Origin: Octopus vulgaris
Lineage: Eukaryota
DNA: 64,000 bases
Assembly: GCA_951406725.2 (NCBI GenBank)
Contig: OX597836.1
Span: 5,394,001-5,458,000, forward strand
Reading direction: 5' to 3'
The position numbers and the translations under genes were made by a program. Positions 1 through 14,441 of this stretch are shown here, in pieces (positions within the stretch are counted from its first letter, which is position 1; every line of letters starts with the position of its first letter). Below the pieces are notes generated by a model that was given only the letters and a program-made list of their open reading frames with translations, had not been told where the DNA came from and searched no databases.

Positions 1-224
1 TCGTTCCGTCTTTGCATTATTAAATGCTAAGATCCTATTTTTAAATCCCCCGTACATACACACAAACATGCATGCATGAATGCATATATACATACACATA
101 CGCAAACACACATACACGGAGGCATGTATATATGTATATTGATATATGTACCTATATATATATATATATACGTACATAGATACACATATTTATCATATCT
201 ATATCTCTACCTCTGTATATGTAT

Positions 225-264
<40 letters not shown>

Positions 265-274
265 ATCTATATAT

Positions 275-396
<122 letters not shown>

Positions 397-399
397 ACG

Positions 400-439
<40 letters not shown>

Positions 440-1171
440 AAATGGTACAAGAACGCAAAACATCCAGATAGACGATATATATATATATATATGTATATAT
501 ATGTGTGAGTGCGTGCCTGTGCATGTGTGTGTATACATATATACATATTACATATGTATATATTCCCATACATTTATATGCATGTCTTAATACGTATGCA
601 TTAATAGTGCGCTTATGTATGATGAATGCAATCATGCGATTGCTTGAAAGAGATATACATTTCTCACTTAAAAATCTATTTGTCATCCTTTCTTTTGAAT
701 AGTTTCATTTATATGGCCCTTATAGATAAATGATATATTTAATGCTGGTTTTCAGATAATAATATAACCATCTATCTCCAACCACTATTAGCCGTAATGT
801 TAAATATATCACGCGCATAAGGAAACGAAAAGAGTTTAGGCATCAAACTGAAGCATTTCCATATTGATTTGCACGTCTCTTCTATTTCGGGTTTTAACGT
901 TTTATCAACACATTGCACCTCATATGTAACTCGTGTGAAACCTTTGGAAACTCCACATCTTGAAGTGATTTTATGTTATTGTTTGAATATTAAGTGTATG
1001 GATCTCAAAACCGTTACTTCAGACTGTTAAAGTTTCGATTATGGCGCTCAATTTTACCCGATAATTAAGGAAATGTCCTTAAACTTGAGAGTGGGACTTG
1101 ATTCCCGATGTTAAATACATGCCGTATACAAACACACTCTTACACACACATATGTATAAATAAATAAATAA

Positions 1172-1256
<85 letters not shown>

Positions 1257-1261
1257 CATAT

Positions 1262-1296
<35 letters not shown>

Positions 1297-1311
1297 TATA
1301 TATAGATATAT

Positions 1312-1356
<45 letters not shown>

Positions 1357-2370
1357 CATATATAGATAGATAGATATTCGGGAGTTTGTAAGGTAAAACA
1401 AGGAACTTGATTAATGACGTTGCAGAACTTGCGCAAGTCCATGACTTCCTGAAATAATTACGCTTGTTGCATGTGAATCCCTTCAGCTTACCTCATTAAG
1501 TCTTGGATTTCGTTAAATAATTACGCTTATTTAAAGCCAAGTATTCTAGCTTGTATCAGTATGATTTCCCTTTAATTAAATGATTTAAGAATTTTTCATG
1601 CCAATATTTCTACCTTTTTCCTGTATGTCATTAAATTCCTTACATAATTAAGCATGTTTCAAGTCAACCAATCGAGCTTGAAACAACATATATTCGGTTC
1701 CCTGCTATAATTATAACTTGTTTAAAATCAAACTGTACACCTTTTCTCCATATATAATTTTACTTTCCTTCTATAATTCATCCCGTTTTACGCCAAGCAC
1801 TTCATGAGGTTTTACTGTCTTGGGTTTCGTGAAGTAATTAAGCTTCGTTAAGGAAAAGCTCTCCCTCTAACTTGGATGTATTTCTCATTTCGATATACAT
1901 GTTATCTTGGTTAAGAGAAGGCACTCCATCTTGTCAGTATATCTTTGATCTCGTTACTTAATCAAAACTTTCGCATGTTCAATACATCCAAGCTTTTGAT
2001 TATTTATACCTTAGGTCGCATAATGTAGTTCAGGTTCTTTACAACTTTACTAACGTACCTATATTATTAAGTCTTAGATTCCATAACTGTCTTCCATTAA
2101 TTTATGGTTGTTAAATGCATAACCCTCGAACACCTATGAAGGTGTATAGCAACAAGGAGAATAGTATTACAGAGTCTTTCATTTCACCTTCTTCAAACAT
2201 TTGGATACGGTAAATACTTTCAATAATTTAAGTAATATATAAAAAGGGTTCCTGTGGCTGATCCATAATCATCTTAGTTCGAAATAGCGTTGTTTAAAAT
2301 CAAGAATTAAAGATTAATCACTGAGAAGTCAATCAACTTGACGTATAAATTCCGGCATTACTTAAATACA

Positions 2371-2601
2371 TATTTCTTTATTACCCACAAGGGGCTAAAC
2401 ATAGAGGGGACAAACAAGGACAGACATAGGTATTAAGTCGATTACATCGACCCCAGTGCGTAACTGGTACTTAATTTATTGACCCCGAAAGGATGAAAGG
2501 CAAAGTCGGCCTCGGCGGAATTTGAACTCAGAATGTTGCGACAGACGAAATACCGCTAAGCATTTCGCATGGCGCGCTAACGTTTCTGCCAGCTCGCCGC
2601 C
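2371..2601 (-). mobile_element. SINE family B, full monomer (tRNA-like head, central CTTTCATCCTTTCGGGGTC..TAAA..AGTACCAG domain, tail type 1)
   Basis: GGCGGCGAGCTGGCAG head and GAGTTCAAATTCC B-box. The central block resembles, from recall only, the MetaSINE-type conserved domain. About 15 copies in the window. Confidence 0.88.
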
Positions 2602-3110
2602 TTCGTAGGGTTACCGTTAGTTTTAGGGGTAGTTAGGGGTAGAGTTTGGGTTAGGGTTAGTTTTAGGGCTAGATTTTAGGGACCCCTGTATTTAAGTAGT
2701 ACCTACCCCCCCTACACACACACACACTGAACGGGTGAGGAATCTCGAGATCGTTGTTAAAACAGGAGTCTTTTGTAAAACCTTAGTAAATACAACTTTT
2801 AAAACTCGGCCATGTCGAATTCGAACATTTTCATTACAAATCTCTGCGCATTCGGCTCCTTTTCTTTCCAACTCCAATCTGCTATCCCCACTGGAAAACT
2901 ACTGACAAGCCGTTCTTCCAAACTTCAAACGACATGAGCGCATATACGCTGAGCCTGAATGAGAAATCGTTGCTGATGATAACAGCTTGACAAGACAAGC
3001 AAACCTTACGTTCATAAGCTCTGAAGTCATGATTCTTCTGAAACGGAGATTTTCTGTAAAACCAATGAAACGTTACGTGGATTGACGAAAATTATATAAC
3101 TATTCTTAAA

Positions 3111-3476
3111 CTAGCAGTATCGCCCGGCGTTGCTCGGGTTTGTTTTGAACCGTTACAATTGGAATTTTTTGAAAAGTAAAAATTTCGCATTATGTAGCTT
3201 GTTATTCTCTTTAAGTGAACATTTTTCTGGTTGAAATACACCGAAAAATGACGACACAGCTGTAAAAAAATCGTAAAAATAGGGATTTTCATAGAAAAAA
3301 AAGCACCTTTTTGATGTAAATAATTTCTGGTCTTAACATGGTCCGATTTGAATTTTATCTTCTACGGAATGAAGAGCAAGCCTTCTTCTATCATACTCTC
3401 AATGTTGGTCAACTTGCGCCGCAGGGTCTGAGAGAAGATAGTGTTAGTTGAAGGCTACCAGCTTTATATAGAGAGA
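3111..3476 (-). mobile_element. Non-autonomous Helitron (366 bp)
   Basis: Minus strand reads A|TCTCTCTATATAAAG ... subterminal GC hairpin CCCGAGCAACGCCGGG (3123-3138) ... CTAG|T. This is the canonical 5'-TC / CTAG-3' with an A|T target and no TSD. Confidence 0.85.
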
Positions 3477-4019
3477 TTAGGATATTTCTTGTATATTACC
3501 AATATGCAATTTTACGACCAGTTCAAATGTACGCGTGGCACGTTTGGATTACGAAGTAACTCATTACACCGTAAGTAAATTTCAAAGTAGGAGTGTTAAA
3601 CAGTGTAATGATATCATCAGTTAAAATATGCTTGTGGCACATCTGGAGCGCTTAATGCTTAACGCCTGTGGCATTACTTAACGCGCCTACTTCGTAACTT
3701 ACTAATAGGGTTTCAACAATTTCATGTATAATCTTATACTTGTTTGAGCGATTAGACCGCGGGCGGGCTGACGAAATATAATCGTCACTTCAGTCTAATA
3801 TTAAATTGTGTTTTTATGTATACATGTTGACACAATAGCAAACACACTGTGTGTTTGCATAGATTGGTAATTAGATAAACCGACAGACAGACAGACGGAC
3901 AGACGGACGGACAAACAGATGGACAGACAGACAGACAGACAGATAGGTTGGTTGGTTGGTAGTGAGGAATAGATAGAAATATTTATATGTATGTATATGC
4001 ACGTGCGTGTGCAAGTATT

Positions 4020-4400
4020 GGATGGAAGTATAGATAGGTGGATGGATGGATGGATGGGTGGATAGATGGATGGATGCATAGATGGGTCGGTGGATGGATG
4101 GATGGATGGATGGATGGATGGATGGATGGATGGATGGATGGATGGATGGATGGATGGATAGATGGATAGCTTGGTGGATGGATGGATGCATGGATGGGTC
4201 GGTGGATGGATGGATGGATGGATGGATGGGTGGATAGATGGATGGGTGGATAGATGGATGGCTGGGTGGATGGATGGATGGCTGCATGGGTGGGTCGGTG
4301 GATGGATGGATGGATGGATGGGTGGATGGATGGCTGGATGGATGGCTGGCTGGGTGGATGGATGCATGGATGGATGCATGGATGGGTGGATCGATGGATG
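4020..4400. repeat. (GGAT)n microsatellite, ~380 bp
   Basis: Read directly; source of the HPSI-repeat ORFs. Confidence 0.97.
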
Positions 4401-5008
4401 AAAGTGGGATGTAGAAATAGATAAGTGATGCCTAGAATAATCATTCAACGAAATATTCACTGGAAAGTGGAAGAACTTATTTAAAGAATTAAATAATGAT
4501 TTGTACACTAATACATGAAAATGAATACATGCATACGCATGCGCTGCACAACCACACACATATACACATAGAGATATAAATGACAGCCCTATACACACAC
4601 ACACACACATCTAAACACACACTCACATACATGGATATAGCCGCACGCAAACGCACACACTAGGCACACATGTGATGCAATTACAAAAGGCTAAAAATCG
4701 ATAAAATATCAGTAGAAATCTATAAATAATTGAACAACTTATGCTAATATCGATGTGGAACATTCGTTAGGAAAATGCCAATAATCCATATATAATCCTT
4801 AAATAATCCACAAATGCTGTTGGGTTATAAAAGCTTCAAAGAACCGGCATTGCCGAATGGCTTGTTTCGATTAACAGGCGATATAATTATTTAAGCGTGC
4901 TGAAAGCATGATAATACGTTACATAATTATAGATTTCCTTTTGCAGATGGCCAAGTGGATTAATTATTATTCTGCAAGTGGAATTATTAATAGTTCCTCT
5001 ACATGGGA

Positions 5009-5184
5009 GGCGTAGGAGTGGCTGTGTGGTAAGTAGCTTGCTAACTAACCACATGGTTCCGGGTTCAGTCCCACTGCGTGGCATCTTGGCATCTTGGGCA
5101 AGTGTCTTCTGCTATAGCCCCGGGCCGACCAAACCAATGCCTTGTGAGTGGATTTGGTAGACGGAAACTGAAAGAAGCCTGGCG

Positions 5185-5260
<76 letters not shown>

Positions 5261-5468
5261 TGTGTCTGTGTTTGTTCCCTAAGCATTGCTTGACAACCGA
5301 TGCTGGTGTGTTTACGTCTCCGTCAGCTAGCGGTTCGGCAAAAAGAGACCGATAGAATAAGTACTGGGCTTACAAAGAATAAGTCCCGGGGTCGATTTGA
5401 TCGACTAAAGGCGGTGCTCCAGCATGGCCGCAGTCAAATGACTGAAACAAGTAAAAGAGTAAAGAGTA
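5009..5468 (+). mobile_element. SINE family A, full length (tRNA-like head, internal (TA)(TG) microsatellite, LINE-related tail)
   Basis: A-box TGGCTGTGTGG, B-box GGTTCAGTCCC, tail GGCGGTGCTCCAGCATGGCCGCAGTCAAATGACTGAAAC plus (AAAGAGT)n; more than ten copies or fragments in the window. Confidence 0.9.
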
Positions 5469-5709
5469 TATGCATACACCCACAGTTTTATCGGATGTAA
5501 ATAGATATCGTGGTTCACTTTCTAGGTTGTTGTCGTTACATTGGGCTTTGTTTAATTTCTGAACTTGTTTCTGTCATCTTCGTTGATACCGGAGTATCTA
5601 GAGATAATAATAGTTACCTCGTACAGTGATTATGAGACAAATGATTGAAGAAGCTGAACGCATCCAGCAGATGGCGATGGGTGGAGAAGAAATATTCTCT
5701 GCTCAGCTT

Positions 5710-6112
5710 ACTCTTTTACTCTTTTACTTGTTTCAGTCATTTGACTGCGGCCATGCTGGAGCACCGCCTTTAATCGAGCAACTCGACCCCGGGACTTATT
5801 CTTTGTAAGCCCAGTACTTATTCTATCGGTCTCTTTTGCCGAACCGCTAAGTGACGGGGACATAAACACACCAGCATCGGTTGTCAAGCAATGCTAGGGG
5901 ACAAACACAGACACACAAACATACACACGCATATATATATATACATATATACGGCGGGCTTCTTTCAGTTTCCGTCTACCAAATCTACTCACAAGGCTTT
6001 GGTTGGCCCGAGGCTATAGTAGAAGACACTTGTCCAAGGTGCCACACAGTGGGACTGAACCCAGAACCATGTGGTTGGTAGACAAGCTACTTACCACACA
6101 GCCACTCCTGCC
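5710..6112 (-). mobile_element. SINE family A, full length
   Basis: Reverse complement of 5009-5468; possible TSD TCAGCTT (5703-5709, 6117-6123). Confidence 0.9.
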
Positions 6113-6424
6113 TCTTTCAGCTTGCTGAAATATATGCAAGATTGTGTTCGCTGTTTATAATTGATTAGAAATTTAGTTGTGAAGCTATTTTGTCACCTCG
6201 TTTGTTATCTGTAGTATTTGAAAACCGTAATGTATTGAGTGCTTTGAAATATTTTTCCTGTCATGGTATCTGCACGTGTCATACAGGGTTTTTATTTGGG
6301 ATATGTAATCTGATGAGATATTTATTGACCCTTGTAGTACTCTATGTATGTATGTATGTATGTATGTATGTATGTATGTATGTATGTGTCATTGTTCTGC
6401 TTTATTTCAAGATTTCTTACCAAT

Positions 6425-6720
6425 TTATCGGGGGTCGATAAATTAATCACCAGTTACGCACTGGGGTTGATGTAATCGACTTAATTCGTGTGTCTATCCT
6501 TGTTTGTCCTCTCTGTGTTTAGCCCCTTCTGGGTAGTAAAGAAATAGGTATTTCGTCTGTTTTTACGTTCTGAGTTCAAATTCCGCCGAGGTCGACTTTG
6601 CCTTTTATCCTTTTGGGGTGGATTAAATAGGTACCAGTTATGCACTGGGGTGGATCTAATCGACTGGCCCCTTCCCCCAAAATTTCGGGTCTTGTGCCTA
6701 GAATAGAATAGAATAGAGGC
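6425..6720 (+). mobile_element. SINE family B dimer (tail-1 unit followed by a headless tail-2 unit)
   Basis: Junction AAAGAAATA|GGTATTTCGTC; the second unit ends GGCCCCTTCCCCCAAAATTTCGGGTCTTGTGCCTAG(AATAG)n. Confidence 0.85.
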
Positions 6721-7599
6721 ATTAGAAAAGAAAAAAAAAACGTTTTCAGCAGGGAAATACATGAACCACAACATTTAGAAACGTTAAAAAATCAACGGTA
6801 TATACACCTTCGTGATTCTACCAGCCTTGTTGTTGTGTGTGCATGCGTCTGTGTGTATATGTGTGTTTGTTTGTGTTCTTGTGTGTTTGTTTGTAAGCAT
6901 GTAAAGGCCTGGGTGACTCTGTGTTGGCGTATGTGTGTGTATAAGTTGATACTCTTCAAATTGCTGCGATAAATTTATTTTCAAATTCTTTATAACGGGT
7001 AGGATGCCAACTCCGGTTTATTTTACAAATGATATTTTAATAACTATCTGCTATGTGTACGGTAATGTGTTTGTTACGAGGCCTCTCCTGTTGTGCTAGT
7101 AATTATCATTATCTATGTGTGTAACCAGTTGCATGTGGTGTTCTGTTATATTTAACTAAAGTGTCATGGCAATATTTTTCAGCAGTTTAATTTTTTAATT
7201 TTTTTTTTTGCCGTTAATATCGAATCCTACAAAGTTCAGATATGTTTCTACTCTTTTATGATATTCTTGTATGAAGGTTTGTAAATATTCGAAATGTATT
7301 TCTGTGATTAACTTCAGAGATGTTACAAATCTTTAAAACTTACATGCGTGTTTCTGACGAGCTTACATCGTGGTGTCGGTTTCCAATCAATGATCAGCTT
7401 GCCATTTTCTCTCTTCGCTGATATATATATATCATTCCTGATGACACTTTAAGGTGACGGGGCTTCCGAGTCTTCTGTAGAACCTTATAAATTTTTAGAA
7501 ATTTGGTGAGGGAGCAGCAAACGCAAGGGCTGCCGCATGTGGTGCACACTTATCTAAACAACTGGAGGGACGACTCGGTGATAGCATCTCCAGTTCGTA

Positions 7600-8220
7600 C
7601 GGCGATGAGCTGGCAATATCGGTACCTATAAAGATAAAATGCTTAGAGGCATTTCGGCCGTCCAACTTTAAATTCCGAGTTCAAGTTCTGCCGAGGTCGA
7701 TGTTTGCCTTTCGGTGTAGATAAAATAAGTACCAGCTAAATGCAAGGGGTCTATGTAACCGACTAACCCCTCATCCAAAATTTCAAACCTCGTGCCTATA
7801 CATAATAAAAAGGATTATTATATCTGTGTTTACGGCAGCGAGCAGGTAGAATAGCTAACACGACGGGTGAAATGCTTAGCGGTAATTCGTCTGCCGCTAC
7901 GTACTGAGCTCGAATTCCGCCGAGGTCGACTTTGCCTTTCACCATTTCGGGGTCGATTAAATAAGTACCAGTTACGCTCTGGGGTCGATATAATCGACTA
8001 AATCCGTTTGTCTGTCCTTGTTTGTCCTCTCTGTGTTTAGCCCTTATGGGGAGTAAAGAAATAGATATTTCAGCCGCCTTCGCTTTCTGAGTTCAAACGC
8101 TGCCGAGATCATTTTCCCTTTTATTTTCTCCCAGGTCGATAAAACAAATATCATTTGATGTCATTTCAGGGGACTAGACACGCCCCACGAAATATGCTGG
8201 CCTTGTATTAAATTTTGAAC
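7600..8220 (+). mobile_element. SINE family B tandem cluster (three units)
   Basis: Units at about 7600-7810, 7833-8063 and 8064-8220. Confidence 0.85.
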
Positions 8221-8825
8221 CGAATAGTTACACTTAGCATAATCGGTCATTTACGAAGCACATATTGGTATGAATTAAAACGTTCTTATCCTTGCTGCTA
8301 CACTTTTCGCGGTTGCTCTGCTATTGAATATTATTCTGCCAAACTCTCATTCATCTCTCACAAGCTAGCAACTAACTACATCACAACATGAATCCTTTAA
8401 GTGATTTATTATATTTCAAGATGGTGACATTTAAATATTTCTAGTTTCGAATTTTTAAACATGTTTCTATAGAAATCACCCTAATTTCCTTTTCCTCGTT
8501 ATTCCATATTGTCACACAGAATTATCCAAAGGTCATTTATATTGTAGTGATCGTAACTATCCGACTTTTGGCATTTGCAAACATTTTTTTTTATTCTTTG
8601 GCGCTAATCAATGGGAAATTCTATCTGAAAAGGCTTCGGTTTTGATTTTGGATAGAATTAGATTTTTTGGTTTCTTGGCTTCTTTGTTTTTTGTATTGCT
8701 TATATATATATATATATGCTTTTTTTTTATATTTGTTAAACAGAAATATCTTCCTGTTGATATATTATCGATAACAACAGGAAAACAAAAAAAATGACGA
8801 CGGTGGCGGCGAAGTTGATAATAAT

Positions 8826-9180
8826 GAGAAGAAGAAGAAGAAGAAGAAGAAAAGAAGAAGAAGAAGAAGAAGAAAAGAAGAAGAAGAAGAAGAAGAAGAA
8901 AAGAAGAAGAAGAAGAAGAAAAGAAGAAGAAGAAGAAGAAGAAGAAGAGAAGAAGAAGAAGAAGAAGAAGAAGAAGAAGAAGAAGAAGAAGAAGAAGAAG
9001 AAAGAAGAAGAAGAAGAAGAAGAAGAAGAAGAAGAAGAAGAAGAAGAATGAGGAGGAGTAGAAGAAGAAAAAGAAGAAGGGTGGGTGGGAAGAAAAGAAG
9101 AAGAAGAAGAAGAAGAAGGAGGAGGAGGAGGAGGAGAAGAAGAACAACAACAACAACAGCAACAACAGCAACAAGACAAT
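8826..9180. repeat. (GAA)n / (GGA)n / (CAA)n compound microsatellite
   Basis: Read directly; ~310-bp near-pure polypurine tract. Confidence 0.97.
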
Positions 9181-9234
9181 CGCAAGAATAAAAATAATAT
9201 CAATGATTATAATAATAACCGTTTCTACTATAGA

Positions 9235-9570
9235 GATGAGCACAAGGCCTGACATTTTGAGGAAACGGGACGAGCCAGTTGCATCGACCTCAGTGTGCAA
9301 CTGGTACCTATGTTGTCAACCCCCGAAAGGATGGAATGTAAACTCAACCTTGGTGGAATTTGAACTTGAGAAAGTGAAGACAGGCGAAACGTTGCTAAGC
9401 ATTTTGCTTGACTTACAACGAATCTGCCCACTTGATGTCTTAGAAATAAATCGGTCGTAAGTCGATTAAATCGAATCCAGTGCTTCATTGGTCTTTATTT
9501 CATCGATCCTGAAAGGATAAATGGCAAAGTCAACATCGGTGAAATTTGAACTCGGAATTTAATGTCGGTA
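9235..9570 (-). mobile_element. SINE family B, two diverged units
   Basis: CCCCGAAAGGATG, GGAATTTGAAC and GCTAAGCATTT blocks. Confidence 0.75.
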
Positions 9571-10392
9571 AAAATATGTGGCGAAATATTTGTTCCGGCG
9601 CAGTAACGAGCTTGGAGCAAAGTTACTATATGTCTTCTAACTTTGCATTCTGAATTCCAATGGGGATCGACACACACACACACAAGCACACATTTTAATG
9701 CTTCTAAATGTTGTGGTTCGTGTAGCTACGCAAGAGAAAGTGTTTTATTTATAATCAAATAATGTCGCCATGAATCAATTAAAATTATTTCGTTGGGAAC
9801 AGCTGTAACGATTTGACACATTATCCATCTTATTTATTTATTTATAACTCAGCTTTCTCTAAACCACCTCCTCATGCATGGACTGTATACCTAATGCGCT
9901 GTATATTTAATACAATATGTGTTTCTAGATTAGGCCAAGGGTTAATGATATACTCAGTCGGTATACATAAGCATTCGATGCGGGGTCGACATTGCCCCTT
10001 TCATTCTTTTGGGATCGGTAAAATAAGTACTGGTTGAGGCCTGGCGTCCTCGAAGAACTCTCTGATCTTCTACCTAAAAGTTGATATTCTCGGAGGTGTG
10101 GCCAATGCTTCTTTGGAAACAGCTGTTTCTTACGCTTGCTGTAGTACGTTTAACAGACGCCTTTTCTAATTCTGTTTCTTGTCTGAGTAGGAAGAATTTC
10201 TTTGAGATCTAGAAAAATTAGCGTGTATAAAATCGTTGATGAAAAGCAAATTTAAGTCAAATTAGAATAAGGAAGCAGAACAAATTTACATCTACATAGC
10301 TTACTTTATTCTCTTTATTCTCTTAAATCTAAAGTATTAAACACAACTCACGCACCTTAATAGCAATTGCGCACTTTTAATAAATATAAATA

Positions 10393-10540
10393 GGCGCAGG
10401 AGTGGCTGCGTGGTAACTTGTTTACCAACCACATGGTTCCGGATTCCGTGGCAACTTGAGCGAGTGTCTTCTACTATATCCTCGGGCAGACCAAAGCCTT
10501 CTGAGTGGATTTGGTAGACAGAAACTGAAAGAAGCCTGTC

Positions 10541-10574
<34 letters not shown>

Positions 10575-10802
10575 GTGTGTGTGAGTGTGTGTTTGTATGT
10601 ATTTTTTTACCCACCACCACCATCGCTTGACAACTGCTGTTGGTTGCTGTTGGTGTGTTTAAGTCCCTGTAACTTAACGATTCTGTAAAAGAGACCGATA
10701 TAATAAGTACTTAAAGAATAAGTCTTGGGGTCGATTTGTTCGACTAAAAGAGGAGCTTAAGCATGACTGCAGTGAAATTACTGAAACAAATGAAACAATA
10801 AA
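10393..10802 (+). mobile_element. SINE family A
   Basis: Collinear with 5009-5468, more diverged. Confidence 0.85.
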
Positions 10803-11853
10803 AAAAGTACAACCACGAGAGAGTCATTTATGTTGCCTTGTTTGGGGCTTTCTTTGGTATGTCGGGGGGTTCCTGTCGAGGGAACCGGTAGATGCAATCA
10901 GGCCCGGTTGACAATACCTGGTACGTTATTACCAGCTTTTGTTGGTGAGAGGAGGCCCGGTGCGTCATGACTTGCTGTCTTTTTAGCAGGTGGATGCACC
11001 ACCAGGTTTGTCTGGTACGTTATGACCCGCCTGTCTCTGGGTGGATGCGCCGCCGCGATGCCTTTATTGGAGTCTGGTTTGCTATTACTCGCTGTTTCGG
11101 GTAGGTGGATGCACTACCAGGCTTTACCCCGTTATGACTCACTAATGACTCCCTCTCAACTCCTTTAATAAAGTGATAAATTTGGTATAGATACCTAATC
11201 TTACAGGCTACAAAGATATGCATAGAGTAGTATACCTCTCAAAACCTTATCCTGTTGCTGTTCCTTCCATAGAATTTACTAATTCTGCGCCGCTTGCAAC
11301 GCACGGATTTCCGTTTCGTTTCACCCATGTATTGCAGTACCAGATACACTCGGCCGCATCCTATATCTTACATGTTGTCTCTTCCACGAATGTACCCTCA
11401 CCGTAACCATACAGATGAAGATGAACCCAGGGGTTACCTTCCTTGACACTCAGATTTTGTTACCCCATATATTACACTCTATTTTAATATCGATATCAGA
11501 TTAATCGAAACGTACATATCACCCCTATCATTAGATGATTCAACTAATATAAAGTACGCATGCGTAGGCGATTCCTAAAATGAATTACGGTGACTTAGAT
11601 TAATCAACTGGCTACAATATTGTTCAGAAACCATGAAATTCAAGATGAAATTTGATGTAAAGACATGTGTGTGTGTATGTATGTATTTATGTATATGTTT
11701 ATGGTGTATGTATATTTATGTATATTTATATATATGTATATGGTGTATATGTGTATGGTGAGAGCGAGATCGAGAGATAGCATTTAAATGTGTGTTTGTA
11801 TGTATGTATATATAGCAAAAAATACTCTATAACCTTATATATATACACATATG

Positions 11854-11896
<43 letters not shown>

Positions 11897-11978
11897 TATA
11901 TATGTTATTATATATATATTACATATATAACTTATATATATATATATATATTATAATATATATAACATATTTATCATA

Positions 11979-12024
<46 letters not shown>

Positions 12025-12615
12025 ATACGTGTGTGTGTGTGTATGATTAAAATAAATCACGTTAAAGTATTATCTTCCCACATAACTGCGACCTTCCTCC
12101 CCACCCACACAACGGAGAAATCATATCCTGGAATATACAGCTTGATTATCGGAGAGATACTCGCCAAGACACCGATTTTCTATTACCCCCATCGCTGCCG
12201 TTGAAATTCTACACTTCAGATATGAGATTTTTGGGAAATGAAGAATTGATCAATTTTTCATAAATAATTTAATAGTAGCTTTATTATAAGAACTGGAATA
12301 CCAGCTAGGATCCGAAAGCTGATTCAGCGTTCTGTATGACAGCTGAAGCGGACAGAAATTCACAATTACATACAAATATAAGCACGCATACACACGCGTA
12401 CATTTAGGTCTGAGCAATTAACGACGTCTTATGCACAAAAGCGCGTCCAAATACATTCATGCATAAATACATACATCCAAGCATACACGTACATGCTGTC
12501 ATGTACATACGTATATCTATCTGCCACTCTATTTCTCTCTCTCTTTCTATTTGAATATTTGTGTGTGCATATACAAGATAAAAATATACAAACATATATA
12601 TATAATATATATATG

Positions 12616-12677
<62 letters not shown>

Positions 12678-12701
12678 TATGTATATATATGTATACATAT
12701 C

Positions 12702-12733
<32 letters not shown>

Positions 12734-12789
12734 CCCACATATATATAGATACATATATATATATATGTATCTATATGTTTATATATATG

Positions 12790-12832
<43 letters not shown>

Positions 12833-12833
12833 A

Positions 12834-13045
12834 TACAATCGTGAGGTTTTGAGTTCGATCCCTGGATTCGGCTGCGTGTTGTATTCTTGAGCAAGACACA
12901 TTATTTCACGATGCTCCATTTCACTCAGCTGTAGAAATGATTTGCGATATAACTTGTGCCAAGCTGTATCCGGCCTTTTGCTTCGGAGGATAACTGTCTA
13001 GGTGCAATCCCATGGTCACTCATGAATGAAGGGGGCCTCCTTCTT
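12834..13045 (+). mobile_element. SINE family C, truncated and deleted
   Basis: Shares TGCCAAGCTGTATC and CTAGGTGCA.TCCCATGGTCA.TCATGA with 26645-26995. Confidence 0.82.
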
Positions 13046-13381
13046 TTCCTCCTATGTACATACACACAGACACACACACACACACGCACACACACATATA
13101 TATATATATACATATATAAATCTATATATATATACATCTGCACGTGTGTATATGCCTGAGAATGTATGCGTATGCATGTATATCTATAGAAATCATTATG
13201 TGTACACAACTTCTGTGATTACATCGTAGCAAGCATGATACTAAGTTTTATATATGTATATATATATGCACAGAGAGAGAGAGAGAGAGAGAGGGGCGGG
13301 GATAACCAGGTAGACAATTTTATATAGATAGACAATGGGAGAGAGCATAGATGAGACATGAAAGAAACATGGTTGCAGTGA

Positions 13382-13421
<40 letters not shown>

Positions 13422-13448
13422 TCACTGTGTGTGACTTTGTGTATTCAA

Positions 13449-13487
<39 letters not shown>

Positions 13488-13513
13488 AATACACAAAGTC
13501 ACACACACATATG

Positions 13514-13639
<126 letters not shown>

Positions 13640-14441
13640 TTCATATGGAGATCTATGTATTATGCATAGATCTCCATATGCATCGTTTGAGTAGCTCCTG
13701 AATGCACATGTGAATATACACAGCAAAATAGATTTAGGAAGATGACTACCTACGTATCTTTGTGTTTCGCTGGTGAATTAATTACGCAGTAGATTGTCAA
13801 GTATTTACATACGTCCATTCACAGATGTTTACGTATTTGCATATGAAATATGGTGACACATAAATCTCTGCATTGCATTCATAAATGAAATAACACTGTT
13901 TTTGCATACATTGATGCACGGTGTTATATAATTATAATCGTATCTGCTCGGCATCTTTGGAATATTTTGAGAAACAATTCGCATTGGTACATGCATATTT
14001 ACCCATAAATATACATATATGCACGTACTCGAATGTAGGTATATAGATTTACGTAGATTCCCTGGAAGATAATTTGATTCGAACCACTTTCTCTTCCGAT
14101 ATTAAGATTAATGCGGTTAGATAATTGCTGGCCTTAATAGACAGCATTTCTCATTTATCCATAAGTACAGGAAAAGTTTTAATAGACCTTTTGTGGAAGT
14201 TTCTTTCAACTGAAAAATATTATCACTGGCTGGTCAAACAAATTATGCATTCCAAGTTGCAAACTTTTGAGCACCTGAAGTTTACGCAATCGCGATGTAT
14301 GCCTCATCAGCTGAAGACGATGTCACAACAGCGCTCAAAATTAAGGAAAACATTTTTTTAAATTTCAGTCGTTTATTCGAAAGGAATTTTTAACAAAAAG
14401 AAGTGCAAATAATCTGACGTGGATAACAAGATCCCCCCCCC

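Noticed and set aside
3801-4610. 269-aa HPSI-repeat ORF
   Set aside because: Translation of the (GGAT)n microsatellite.
8608-9300. Poly-F/L/S and poly-K/E/R ORFs
   Set aside because: Translation of the (GAA)n microsatellite.
11405-11455. Penelope RT thumb motif (VTFLDTQI)
   Set aside because: The match is too short and flanking motifs are not recognisable.
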